A DNA stretch of 64,000 nucleotides from Anthoceros angustus (Eukaryota; Plantae; Anthocerotophyta): the NCBI GenBank assembly GCA_010909165.1, contig VJWM01000011.1, positions 1,116,001-1,180,000 of the forward strand, written 5' to 3'. The stretch's first letter is position 1. The number at the start of each line of letters is the position of its first letter. Of the stretch, positions 50,691 through 62,810 are shown one piece after another. The notes below the pieces were generated by a model, which was not told the DNA's origin, did not search any database, and saw only the letters and a list, made by a program, of their open reading frames with translations. The position numbers and the translations under genes were made by a program.

Positions 50691-53283
50691 GTTAATTAGT
50701 GTGGTTTTTTGGAATCCTGGCAAGAATTCCAAGATGAGAAGTTATCCAGCTTTGCCAAGCTTAATTCTGGATGCTTAGATTGTTTTTGGTTTGTAGAATT
50801 GGTCATGTGTGTCATGTGTGTCTCATTATGCTGCTGGTTGTGTTGGGATCCATGGGCATTCTTTTCACGCCCTACTTCAAGTATGTTTGCAATGAGTTTG
50901 CGGAGCTGCTCCCAGCAACATTCCTCATGATAGGTAAGTTGTTTTCGGTGATGCAGACTCTTCTGACGTGCGCGGATCTCACCCACCCCCGTCCTCTCTA
51001 ATTATTGCTTCCAAGTTGAGATTGAGTTTAGACACGTTTTCACAAGTCTATCTCAGTGTGACTTCCTTGAAAATACCAGGTTGCATTCTAACTAGTTTAC
51101 TACTGCTAATGGGTTTTTATGTGTATGTGCATACCCTGCCTTGTGTTTGTGTGAGATTCTTGTTTTATTTTGGATGGGGTGGTGTGGAGTCCAGTATGTC
51201 TTAGAGTTGTGTGCTCGGAGGTTCCATTTGACCTCAGACCAGGCCATAGCCAAGGCATGCCACTACTGAGTACATGCTTAAAAGTGTGTTAAGGAGAACT
51301 TTTGGGCATTAAAAAGTAGACAACGTTAGGAGGAGTGTCTTTCCGCCCAATGGATAGAGAATAGGGAGTGAGGGATCATGAGTGAAAGTGCCCCTTGGTG
51401 CCTTGCAAATTGTACTGTGCACTCAAGCTATAAGAGTGATGCCCAAGCTATAAGGCTCGTATAGGAGCACGGCTCCGAGTACACGATTTGTTTGCTGTTC
51501 AGTTAGAACTCGTTGAGTGGTCTGGTCACTATTGCTGCATTTGTCAGCTAATGGCATTTCTGTACACTTGTGATGGGCAATGTCCAGGTCTGCATCCTAG
51601 CATCTAACCACTGTTTGCACCTCACCGCCTGTTTGCTTGTGTTATGTAGATGTCCCCCACCCTAGTCATATAGTGAAGAGTCTGTTGAACCCAAACCCGT
51701 TGGCCATTGGTATTTGACAAAATTTAAGAATCGCTCACTTGGTACTGGAAGAAAATGTTTGTCAAACACCCACTGAGCTTTCATTTCATGTCTTGCCATG
51801 AAACGAGTTCCCGAACAACGTAAGAAAATGCTTGCCGAACACTCATTGAGCTTTCATTTCATGTCTTGCCATGAGATGAGTTCCCGAACAACTCGGCTAC
51901 TTCCTTTCACAGGATTTTGATTGCTACTTGTGCAAGATACTAACTGCTACTTGTGCAAGATACTAACTGTATGTGTGAAATCCCAATCGTAGGAGCATTT
52001 GAAACTACCGATTCATTAGGCCTCAGGCCCAGTTAGATCACCGAAACTTTGTCCAAGTTTTATTAACCCAGATTTGCACCTGAGGTGATATTCAGACTTC
52101 GCTTATACTTCCACAAGTTTATGGCACCCAGCTCAATTAAGATTTTGTGGATATTTCATACAAGTTTACACACGCATAGTTAATTGAACAATTACAAAAT
52201 TCGTTTTGGAATAGTTACCCATCTCAAGGAGCTCTACGTAGCACCAGTATTTTAATGTATCCAAGATCAATCTGGTGTGTTGGATTTTTCCCCCTTTGTT
52301 TTTGGGGTGGATGGGTTTTTCTATCTCTTTTTTATAATAAAATCTTCTTTTCCTATATGGAGTCCGTTGATTGGTCCTCTTGTCTTCCTTGCTCTTGGTT
52401 GGACATAGCTGATTGATCCACTCGTCTGTTGAGTAATCCTGTTGAATGATCCTCGTGTTCCTTGCTCTTGGTTGGACATAGTTCAGCGTTCCTCGTCTGT
52501 TGAATAATCCCGCTGATGTTTTCGAAGAACCACGCTGCGGACGGGGACTTGCAGGGCAAGCAAAATTCAAAGCAAGGGACAGGCAAACGCCTTGTGCTTC
52601 TGCTATGCTACTTCTGCGTAGGCATAGATTCAATCACCAACTCTGCCACACAACATTCACTTCGCCTGTAACATGTCTCTTCATATTGCATCCTGCCAGT
52701 CATAGAAGAAAGTTTTTGTGCCAAGTGAATCCATGCCTGGCAGTTCCAGATCGTCCCAAGTACTGCACATAGTCTGCAGGAAGTCTGCACTCCTTCCAAG
52801 TACATAGACAGACTGAACACCTTTGTGCTGCTGCAATGGTACTCCTGCATTTGCATAAGTTCTATCACCAACACCGCAACACAACATTCACGTTGACTGT
52901 AACAAGTCTCCTCATATTGCATCCTGCCAGTCATGGAAGAAAGTGTCGGTGCCAAGTAATCCATGCCTGCCAGTTCCAGATAGGCTGAAGTACTACACAG
53001 AGTCTGCAGAAAGTCTGCACTCCTTCCAATGACTTAAACAGACTAGTCTGTGGGCAGCAGCTTGGTAACCATTTATGCCCAGTGCTGGGGCATCAAGGAC
53101 GCAAAACAGGTGTTTGTCCTTCTGTCCCAGCCCGATGCAGGGTCAAGGAGATAAAGTTTTGCAGCTCTATGCCGAGATGCAAGCTTCAGGTCTGAGGCCA
53201 CATGAAGGTTAACCCATCCCAAGCAGAGAAAAGCAATATTCTCTGGCATACATACTTCAGCAGCGGGTAATCCTTCATTATTC

Positions 53284-55848
53284 TCACGGTCGACCCTTAC
53301 AACTGCAGCAACCACCTGCGAATCGATGCACACGGTACCCATCCCTGACGACAATGTCTCTCTCTTCAAGCCTTGACAGGATCTCCGTGGAACTGTGGCA
53401 GTCGCTGCACATGCGTAGATTCTTCGTTACCAACAGAGGTGTTCCACTTGGAGTGTTCAAGATACCAAACGCCAGAGCTAGCTTCTCAGCATGCCCACAA
53501 AGCACATCTTCCTTGTCATCCTCACACACTGGCTTCAACACCAACTTTGTATGAGGTGTGTGGCCTCCTTCCTGCTTCAGACGTGCTTTCGTGCTCTCTA
53601 TCTTAAGCGCAATATCCTCTCTCCTTTCTCCAACCACAAATCTATGCACTTCCTTATTCACCTCAAGGGTCGCCACTGCCGGTTTCTTGTTAGCTCCTGC
53701 TACCCTTCTCTGTGTTTCAATCCTGTCTACATCAGTCCACCTACCTGCATCTGCGTAGGCATTGGCCATGAGCACATATGCAGGTACTGAGGGACCAGCC
53801 TAACAATCCTTTCAAAACACCACATCGCCATCTCTATATCCCCATGGCTTTTGCAGGCATTCAACAACACAACGACCTCAAGCCCACAACATTACTTTGG
53901 CCCTCACATAACAATAGCATCTTCTTTGCCTCATCTAAATGGCCCGCACGACCAAGAAGATCAACCATGCAGGTGTAATGCTCAATAGTCGGTTTGATGC
54001 CATGCTGCGTAGCCATGGAATCAAAGTGCTTGCGACCCTCATGGACCAGTCCCTCATGGCTGCATGCGACTAGAGGGCAGGTAAAAGTAGCACCATCAAG
54101 TTGGATACCGGAATCTAACATCTTAAAACAAGCTAGTGCTCTGTTACCATCACCACAAGTACCGTACCCAGATATCAGCTCCGTCCATGTAACCACATCC
54201 TTTGTGGCCATGCCGTCAAACACCCGGCGTGCATGTTTCAGTACACTGCACTTTGCATACATGACAACTAGGCAGGTGCCCACTAGTAGGTCACCCAGCA
54301 GTCCTCTTTTGACGATCTGTGAGTGCAGATGCCTGCCCTTTTGTAAGGCACCAGTGCTTCCACAGGAGTTCAGCAGGCAAGCAAAAGTAAAATGGTTAGC
54401 CAAACTTCGCCCCTCCTGCTCCATTTGACCATACCAAACAAGTGCCTCATGTCTGAGCCCTTGCTCAGCATACCCGGCAATCAGTGCCGTCCATGTCACC
54501 ACATTCTTCGTGGCCATGCTGTCAAAAACCTGGAGCGCATATTTCAGTTCGCCACATTTTGCATACATGTCCACCAGACAGGTGCCAACAAACAAGTTCA
54601 CAGGAAAGCCACTGTGCAGTACATCACAGTGCACTTTTCTGCCAGATTCCACGTCAGCCGCAAATGCACAAGCTTGAAGGGCAGCTACAAAGACGTGAGC
54701 ATCCCCTTTCACTCCTGACCTACGCATCTGATGGTACAGTTGTATGGCCTCCTTTAGGTTTCCCATGTTTAGCATATGCGGAGATGATGGAACCCCACGT
54801 GATAACATCTGGTTTGCCCACCCTGGCGAACACATCCATGGCCTCCTCTAGCCTACCTCCACATGCATACATGCGCAAAAGATGGTTACCCAAGAATGCA
54901 TTCGAGTGAAGAGGAATGCCACTGTCCAATACATCACAGTGGGCTTGTCTGCCAGATTCCAAGTCGGCCGCAAATATACAAGCTTGAAGGGCAGCTACAA
55001 AGACGTGAGCATCTGCCTTCAATCCTGACCTACGCATCTCGTGGTACAGTCTTATGCCTTCCTTAGGTTTCCCTGTTTTGGTTGCCTGCCCTGGTGAACA
55101 CATCCATCGCCTCCTCTAGACTACCTCCACTTGCATACATGCGCATGATATGGTTCCCCAAGTATGCATTCGACTCGGACCCGAGTTTGACACTGAGGTC
55201 ATGAACTCGTCGGCCCACAACCACATCCTTCTTAGCAGCACACAGTTTCAGCACAGTGCAAAACAGAGACAGAGAAATAGCAGAGTCTGTCTGCGCCAGA
55301 CATTCCAATGCTCCAGCGGCCTCGGAAAGCTTCCCCTCCTGACATAACGTGCTCACGGTTACATCCGTAAAGACACCCATTTCCGATCCTGCACGCCTGC
55401 CAGGTCCAGGCTTATCCGGAGACCTGGACTCGGAAGGAGAGCCACCATGACCCATCTGCATATCCAAGGAAACGAGCTGCTCATCAACCCAAGCTGGCTT
55501 AAACAAGTCTTTCAACCACAGCACCTCGCCAGACCCCTTACGACGGAAGTCAGGGGAACGGGAGCTCCTCTTATCTCGTCTGTTGTCACACCACCTGGTG
55601 GGATCCAGAAAAAAATGCTGCCACAAGTGCTTTTGCTCCTGCACCTGGCGACGGCCATCGCTGGATAACCCGTCCCCACCCACACACTTTTTCGGAAGTG
55701 GAAATGCTCGGCTCCTTACACTGCTGCACCTGGAGGCTTGCTTGTTTGCCTGGGACTGACTTCCTGAGGTGAGGTGGGCGGGAGCTCCTGGTAAAATCCC
55801 TGTACGAACACCAATTTGTTGGGTCCACAAAAATCCTCGCCGACGCAT
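53284..55848 (-). pseudogene. PDF-PLS-PPR-DYW:KP (GRP-type) locus Z; divergent paralog, frameshifted as assembled
   Basis: ORFs 55063-55848 (LWQHFFLDPTRWCDNRRDKRSSRSPDFRRK), 54720-55103, 53861-54835 (PLS motifs) and 53284-53775 (KKPAVA, HAEKLA, MCSDCH, CCSCKGRP). Confidence 0.8.
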
Positions 55849-58441
55849 CGCCTTAGCCTGGAGCGAGATCCAGGACGGGGTAGTGCGAGCGGGGAGGGCA
55901 AGAGCTATGGACCTATTGGTACCTGCAATGTAATGCTACCACTGCTACCCAGGAGGAAGCTCAACACCGGCACGCCCGGTTCCTGGTCCTCCAGCCATGA
56001 TGCTTCTAAGTGTCATGTGCCTCTCCCAACTTAGCTGTCCCCGAATTCTCGAGTCGGAGGGTTTCCGATATTCAGCTTTTTAATATTTTCAGAGACGTTC
56101 TGGTGATGGATGGATGCATTACGTGCTATAAGAGCAAGGCTCGAACTGATGGCATGTTTCTGTCAGGCATAGAGGAGCCAGCTATCAGATTTCCTGCAGT
56201 TTTTCCCTTTCCAGTCATGCTGCATAAGAGCTGGTTGGGAAAGCTACTTTGTAAACGCAGGTCCGTCACCCTATCCGTGCATGCAGTCTGCACGTCCGAA
56301 ATCCTCTTGACGCCAGGCCAGCCGGAGCTGTCTCACCTTTCCTTGGGGGCCTGCGAGATGCATGTGGATATATCAACCTTGCTTGCCCGATAGAGCATTG
56401 ATCGGCTTGGCCGTGTTGTGCAACCAACCGAATTACCACGCACTAGCATTCTTCACTATTTAACCCCATAATGGCCACCTTATTTTACTCATATATATAT
56501 AAATAAATAATTTCTAAAAGATCTTCAGGTTTGTTTTTCAACTTCACCACTCATGCTACCGTGGCACAAGTGTGTTGCAAAACACTCATGGTAGTTGAAA
56601 CCATTTAAGAGATTCTTTCACAACACAAAGTTATTTCTTGCCCTGAGATTTTTTCATAATATAGAGTTATTTTTTGCCCCTCATACTATAATCACATGAG
56701 TGTTTTGCAAGGGTTCGAACAGTTTTGGAGATTATTTCACAATATAAAACTATTTGAGCTTGATCTTGGACATATAAAAAACTATGCATAATATGTAGAG
56801 CTCATTGAGATCAGGTATTTGTATACAAGTTTTCTAATTCTTCAATAAGCCATGCATATGAATAAAAAGCACGGATTAAGTGTCGGCAAAGTGAATCTAT
56901 TTTGGGGTCAATAAAACCTTGAAAGGGTTTAAGTAATCCAACCATGACACAACGGGACATGAGGCCCTCAAAGACCCTAAAGTAGAAGAAACGCGGAACT
57001 AGAATGGAGAATAGCGTAAAAGGGTAAGCGTGTAAAAAATTATACATTTTAGTTTGATTCGAGTTTACTTGTCACACACACAGACAGCGGGTGAGAGAAT
57101 GAGGTCTGCCCGCTAGGTCACGGGTTTGGCATTTATCCTTGTTTAATAGTAGTCCAACAGGAAAATAATCCAGACAATCCTGATGCTCTTTTTTGGAATT
57201 TTCTGCTAAGATACGCGTACTCGTATAGCTGATGATATTCTGTTGGGTTGTTTTGGTATATATGACTAACAAAACTAACAAAAGAAGACTAGGTAGTTAG
57301 TTCGTCAAAGAATGATGACATTTTAGCTATTTTCGCATGGGTCTTTGTTGGTTGACGTTTACATTCTCTTTAACGTTTCGATCATCACTTCAATGGCTTG
57401 AAGGGTTGGAATCATGATATTCTATGATGACAGTTTTAGATAAATCATGACTTCTTCATACTTGTAAAAGATTATATTTTTATTTCATATATAAGTTTTA
57501 TTATACTTTAATATGATCTAAATACAGGTTAACAACATCATGTATGGTGATTCATTGGCTGACCACAAAAACCTATCTAGTGTATTAGGTAGTAAATCCA
57601 ACAACAAAAAATCCTTTAATACCTATATATTTTAAGTTCGTGGTGTAAGAAAATGGGCTACTACTTTGGATGCACACGAGAATGACGACATTGTGGGCCG
57701 GGTCGGGGGTAATAAGGGGACCAGGGTTGAAGGGCAGGCTCCACGCACCCCATTCCACCTACCCACGCTTTTGCGTGGCCCTTGTCGCGTTCTTCTCGTT
57801 GTCGCTGCCCCTCTCGTTGGCTGTGGGTGTTTGGGCTGGCCCAGTTCACTTTTCTCACTGCCGCTGCCTGCCCTGGCTTGGCCTGCCCTTGCCCTCTCAA
57901 CAGCGCATCAATTCGCCTCGCCTCGGCATGCGCATCTGCATTCGCAGCTCACGCTTTCCGCCTGCGCCTCCGATTCTCACCTTGGGATTGGGGTCTGCTG
58001 TGCCGTGATTCTCCTCCTCCTATCGCGCACTCCTCTGTGGCATCCTCCACACGCTCCTTGCCTTGTTCCTGGTTACAGCAGTGCTTTCCAATTTAGCTGC
58101 GGATGCTGCTGCTGCTTGCGCGACTGAGATTGGTGTTCCGGCAGCCTGGAATTGTCCCGGGGTTTCTCCGGATCTCGGAATTTGAGCCGCACCAGGGTTC
58201 TTGATTCCAGCTTGCTTCTTTTGGCCGCTGCCGGTTCTGGATTCGCAGGTGAAGGGCAAGAGCTGCGGTGCATGAGGTCCTGCGGCGGATCGGCCAAGCT
58301 GGAGGGTGAATTGTGCTTTACGGAGCTGAGGGAGGCGAAGATCCGTCAGATCGGTGGATCAATTCCCTGAATTACAGCCACACGGACTTGTTCAGCATAT
58401 TTTGAGTATTTTGCGGTTTCCCTGTAGAGGAGGGGGCCCCT

Positions 58442-59221
58442 ATGGTGGAGTGCAAAAGCCTTGCGTCGGTGTGTCGGGCTTTAGAGAATCAGCGCAACAT
58501 GGCAAGTTCTTTGCCGCTGGCCGACCAGCTCCGGCATCACCACAGTCAGTACCGGCTGCGGAAGCTTCCTGCTGCCTCGCAGAGTAACTCCGGCCCTCCA
58601 CTTTGCGATCAGTCCACCGCAGCGGCATTTGACGTCATTATGCTGCTGGTTGTGTTGGGATCCATGGGCATTCTTTTCACGCCCTACTTCAAGTATGTTT
58701 GCAATGAGTTTGCGGAGCTGCTCCCAGCAACATTCCTCATGATAGGTAAGTTGTTTTCGGTGATGCAGACTCTTCTGACGTGCGCGGATCTCACCCACCC
58801 CCCGTCCTCTCTAATTTCGATAATTTTGTTCTGCACAGGGGAAGTGGTCTATCAAGCCCCTGTGGCTTACGCTCTGGGAACTGTGCTGATGTTCGTCTTC
58901 GTGATTGCTGCATGGGAGATCTATCAATACAAAAGCAGGAGATGTGATAACCCTGATTGCAGGGGTCTCCGGAAAGCCATGGAGCTTGATATCCAGCTGG
59001 AGACAGAACAGTGCGTGAAGACGGCTCCTGTTATCACTGATGGGCTTTCTTGGAAGAACGGTGTTGAGCTTGGCCATGAGCAGAAGGAACTGGAGGCAGA
59101 GCTTCGCAGGATGGCTCCTCCTAATGGAAGGGCCATTCTTATCTTCCGAGCTCCGTGTGGATGTCCTGCAGCCAGATTTGAGGCATGGGGCTCTAAAAAA
59201 GCACGGCGAAGCAAGAAGTAA
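58442..59221 (+). CDS. At5g19025-like membrane protein ('ribosomal protein L34e superfamily'); one 93-nt intron (58746-58838)
   Basis: TM segments plus CDNPDCRGLRKAMELDIQLETEQCVK...KELEAELRRMAPPNGRAILIFRAPCGCPAARFEAWG. The gtaag...cag intron is in frame. Confidence 0.85.
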   Translation: MVECKSLASVCRALENQRNMASSLPLADQLRHHHSQYRLRKLPAASQSNSGPPLCDQSTAAAFDVIMLLVVLGSMGILFTPYFKYVCNEFAELLPATFLMIGKLFSVMQTLLTCADLTHPPSSLISIILFCTGEVVYQAPVAYALGTVLMFVFVIAAWEIYQYKSRRCDNPDCRGLRKAMELDIQLETEQCVKTAPVITDGLSWKNGVELGHEQKELEAELRRMAPPNGRAILIFRAPCGCPAARFEAWGSKKARRSKK

Positions 59222-60647
59222 GAGCTAAAACTGCCTGCGCATGTGACGGGTTGTGGAGGAAGGATGTCTTGCTGGACAAACGGATCTCAGCGACACTCTA
59301 GTGTTGAGGAAGGGACTGCGCGGCCACAAGGCTGCTTTTTGTAGCCCTATGGACTCTCATTCGACCTAGGTAGGCTGTAATCTCTATTAACAGCTCATCA
59401 TCGCAAACAGACGAGGTGGATTGGTTCTGTAGCAAGCCATATGAAGGTCTCGACATTTCTACAGGGTTTCTAAGACAACTTCATTGCTTTTGCTTAGACA
59501 AGGAACTGTGGCAGAACCATATGCGAGTATCACTAAATGTGCCGATGGCTAGTCAATGGGTCGTTCCTCTACCTAGCCTTGTTCTTTTCCAAATGCAAGC
59601 CTGCAGGATATTTGCGGTGACAGTGCTCATTTCCCTTTGTAGGTAATGTATAGCTGCTTTCCTCTGAGCAGTCTTCCGATTCGGTCTTGGAAGACCTTGT
59701 TAAGTCATGCTTGATGCAGGATCGTGGAAATTGGAACGGGCTTGTGCGCAGGCTAGTATACCGAACAGTTCATACAATAGAGTAGGTCAATGTAGTGGGG
59801 TGGGTGAGGTGAGGTGGGAGGGGGAGGGGAGAACAATGTAGGTGAGACTGTACAGCAATGTGTCGATACATCCCAAGTCCTTGCGAGGACGTTTTTGATA
59901 CCAGCTTTGAGCTCAGTACTCGGTTGTCCCCACGCTGGTTGCTTTACCCATGTGGTTGATAAAAGTCTTTTTGTCACATCATTGTGGACAAAGGTTCCCA
60001 TTACTCAATAGCTGGTATCGTGGCTATGGCATAGGTGGACGTGGCATCCGGACGTGTCTATGGTTCAGCTCTCAGATCAAGTCGGAGGAGGGGCAAAGTC
60101 ACGAGGAGAACACTTCGGTACTCGGGAAGTACTTAAGCAGATTGTGGCCCCAAGCTTTGGTGGAACGTTGAGGATCGGCGGTCTGCTCAAGTTCGTACTG
60201 ACGACTAACTGTTCTCCCACGAGGGCGCCACACCAATGAATAGCTGCTGCCGCTGGGTCTTCACTGGTCACCAATGAAGTGTCCTTTAGGGTACCTGGCT
60301 CCACCCAAGCCTCGGATATCCTCGGCGAGATCTTTCCTTTTTACTTTTTATCGGCACGCTTTGCAGTGGAAGGATAGGAGTGTATGTAGACACGTGGCAC
60401 CAGCGCTCGAACAGATGGTTTGTTCAACGCCCTGTCTACACATGCAGACTCCTGCTAAGCAGCTGCGTAACTGAAAGAAGGAGTGCTCTCTAGATACATA
60501 TACAAGGAACTGAATTAAAAGCACAAGGTATTCACAGACACTCAAATTCGTCTGAATCCATCTCTGTTTTCCTTCCGAAAAAAAAATCTTATGGTACAAG
60601 ACACGTCCGCCGGAGTATGGTCACATGTAGTTCGGGTGTACTCAGGA

Positions 60648-61379
60648 TTATGCTGAACTTGCAACCTCGTCCTCACCCTCAGAACTACTTTTTTGCTTGG
60701 CTCTTTTAGCTTGAAGATCTTTCACAGCGGCCTTGATAGCATCTTCCGCTAGCATGCTGCAGTGCAGTTTCACTGGGGGGAGCGAGAGATGCTTCGCTAT
60801 GTCACTGCATCACAAGCAAGGAAAAAAGTACGGACATTAGCACCTACGATACGTTTAACGAGCAAACAACAGTTCAGGCATGAACGGAACCCTCGTTCCA
60901 CCGCACCTGTTCTTTATGGTCACCACGTCCTCCAATTGCTTTCCCTTGACCCAGTCCGTAGCTGCCATAGTTAAGTACGAATGTGAGCAAAACCCTAGGA
61001 AGAGACGTAGGAGATCATCGAAACCCCAGCAGTGCAAGCTCAGACTAAGGAACAACAAACACGTGAGGAAACCACATGACATACCAACAGAAGAGGAGGC
61101 GATCGCGGAGCCGCAGCCGAAGGTCTTGAAGCAGGAATCAACGATTTTGCCCTCCTCATCAACCCTAATTTGCAACTTCATCACATCTCCGCAGGCGGGT
61201 GCTCCCACGAGGCCCGTGCCAACATTTGGATCCTCCTTCTGGAAAGAGCCTACGTTGCGGGGATTGTTGTAGTGATCCACCACCCTCTCATGGTACAATC
61301 TGCGAGCAACAACCCCTTCTGCGCCAGACCTGCTGCGCTTGACAGCCACCGCCACTGTCCTCCCGGCGCGGCTCAACAT
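60648..61379 (-). CDS. ISU1: Mitochondrial Fe-S cluster scaffold IscU/ISU; 3 exons (61379-61085, 60961-60907, 60804-60648)
   Basis: YHERVVDHYNNPRNVGS, GLVGAPACGDVMKLQI, FKTFGCGSAIASSSV, ATDWVKGK and SDIAKHLSLPPVKLHCSMLAEDAIKAAV. Confidence 0.96.
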
Positions 61380-61719
61380 GATGATTTGATCACTTCTCCG
61401 GAAACAACGGCAATTCACCCTTCCAATGCAACACGGGAGTACGCCTAGGCCCGGTTAACTGCGCCTAAAAGTCGCAGCGATCAACCACAGCTCGGCTGGG
61501 TGTCCGCAAAGATCAACCAGGCCGTTCGCCGCTTCAGCTTCGAGTTTTAGATCAACAGCCCGCGGCGACGTCATATATAGCTACCTTTCTCGAAGCGCCC
61601 AACAGGGCCGGTTTAGAAACGTCCAAGTCAAACGCCACGTATGTACAACACATACCATAAACATTCCAGGTGGTCTATTGTCTCATAAAGCTGGCCACCA
61701 AATTTAAAAATAGGTCTAC

Positions 61720-61925
61720 AAGAAGAAGAAGAAGAAGAATTTTATTTGAGTCCACTAAGGACGGATTTCCGTCATGGGACTTGGTACTTGACAACTTGTA
61801 CCATGGTGTGCCTAAGCTACTTGCACCAAGGGCATCCACTCCCTTTAGGCACCCCATCTAAGTACCGATCTAAGCTCAGGATGCTTAATCACGGCGTTCT
61901 TATAAATGTGTGTCCATTTGGCCTA
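61720..61925 (-). mobile_element. 5'-truncated LINE 3' end (same family as at 39.0 and 48.1 kb)
   Basis: Minus strand: ...GVPKGSGCPWCK*LRHTM...gtggactcAAATAAAa(ttc)6-7. Confidence 0.7.
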
Positions 61926-62030
61926 AGCCATTTGGACAAACCGTCATTATCGCTGTAATTGCTATGGTGCCTAATCTCCGAAGCAAGTAGTGCTTCACGC
62001 GAGTAAAATCTGGCGTGGCATGGATGTGGA

Positions 62031-62726
62031 GTGGCATGGAAATGGAAGCTCCGGAATAGGACTACGCAGCTGCTCGGATATAAAAGGACGGGATTCAGAC
62101 TATACCAAGCTTGCCAAACTTGCAACACAACCTTGCAAAATGGAAGCTGGTGCAAAAAATGCGGGAAGGATACTGTTGGTCTGCTTCTCTATCGATTGGA
62201 GATATTGGTTGCAGATTTTACAATGCAGTACATGGCAACTGCGTTCAGGGGAGCTCGAGATCTGCTGCGACTACACCCCGAAGAGTTCAGTTCCTTACAA
62301 GTGCAAGGGAAGGAGAGGCCAGTCTTAGATTGCATGGTAGGGAAGCACTTCAATTGCATGTTCTCGCTCCAAGCACCCAGTGATAGGCACGGGGCTTCCC
62401 TTATCATTGACCGGGTAGATGCGCCCTTCATCCAGGAGTTGTTTCCAGACTGCTTAAGGGATTCACTTGTAACTCTCCCGCGGCATAGCGTGTTGCACAC
62501 TCCTTACCAGCCCAATGATTATGATAGTTGTGATTCAGGAAGCCAACACACTCAGTCCAGCAAGTTGGCAAGTCCACGGGACATTCCCGCAGCTGCAATT
62601 GTGATTTTGTGCTCTGCTGTGTCAGCAATTGGGGGCATTGTTTTCGTTTCTGTTCCACCTCTAGTTTTGACTGTGATTCTTAGTATCATGCTAGGAACTG
62701 TGGTCTTCGTTCTCCTTGTAATGTAG
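62031..62726 (+). other. RPA1 C-terminal (DBD-C)-like Zn-ribbon OB-fold ORF with C-terminal hydrophobic tail; no in-frame ATG start
   Basis: YQACQTCNTTLQNGSWCKKCGKDTVGLLLYRLEILVADFTMQYMATAFRGARDLL fits the RPA1-C pattern (Y.AC..CN...C..C...YRL.i.v.D.T....taF..A..ll). The ORF begins with GTG. Confidence 0.6.
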
Positions 62727-62810
62727 CATGGGTGCCCACCAACTAAGATGTCAACTGTGGGTTCTGAGGAGCTAAAACAAAATTGCTACGTTTGAGCTCA
62801 AACAAAATTG

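Larger units (their letters stand above)
31075..58000. repeat. Tandem segmental array of roughly 8-10 kb units (spacer, degenerate PPR, GRP-type gene, LINE inverted repeat, Gypsy gag), about 3 units; partly suspected assembly artefact
   Basis: 31075-32300 ~ 41185-42300; 37800-39550 ~ 46915-48700; 39750-41190 ~ 49570-51190; 44402-45340 ~ 52627-53580; 48836-49560 ~ 56905-57668. Copies differ largely by 1-bp homopolymer indels. Confidence 0.85.

Noticed and set aside
51770-51970. Small direct repeats (about 50-bp pair and a 23-bp tandem pair)
   Set aside because: Ordinary local slippage duplications in TE-like spacer; nothing further supportable.
58746-58838. Stop-free in-frame introns (93 nt here; 123 nt in ISU1 at 60962-61084)
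   Set aside because: Short GC-rich introns are often 3n and stop-free by chance; homology supports normal splicing, and there is no evidence for functional retention.
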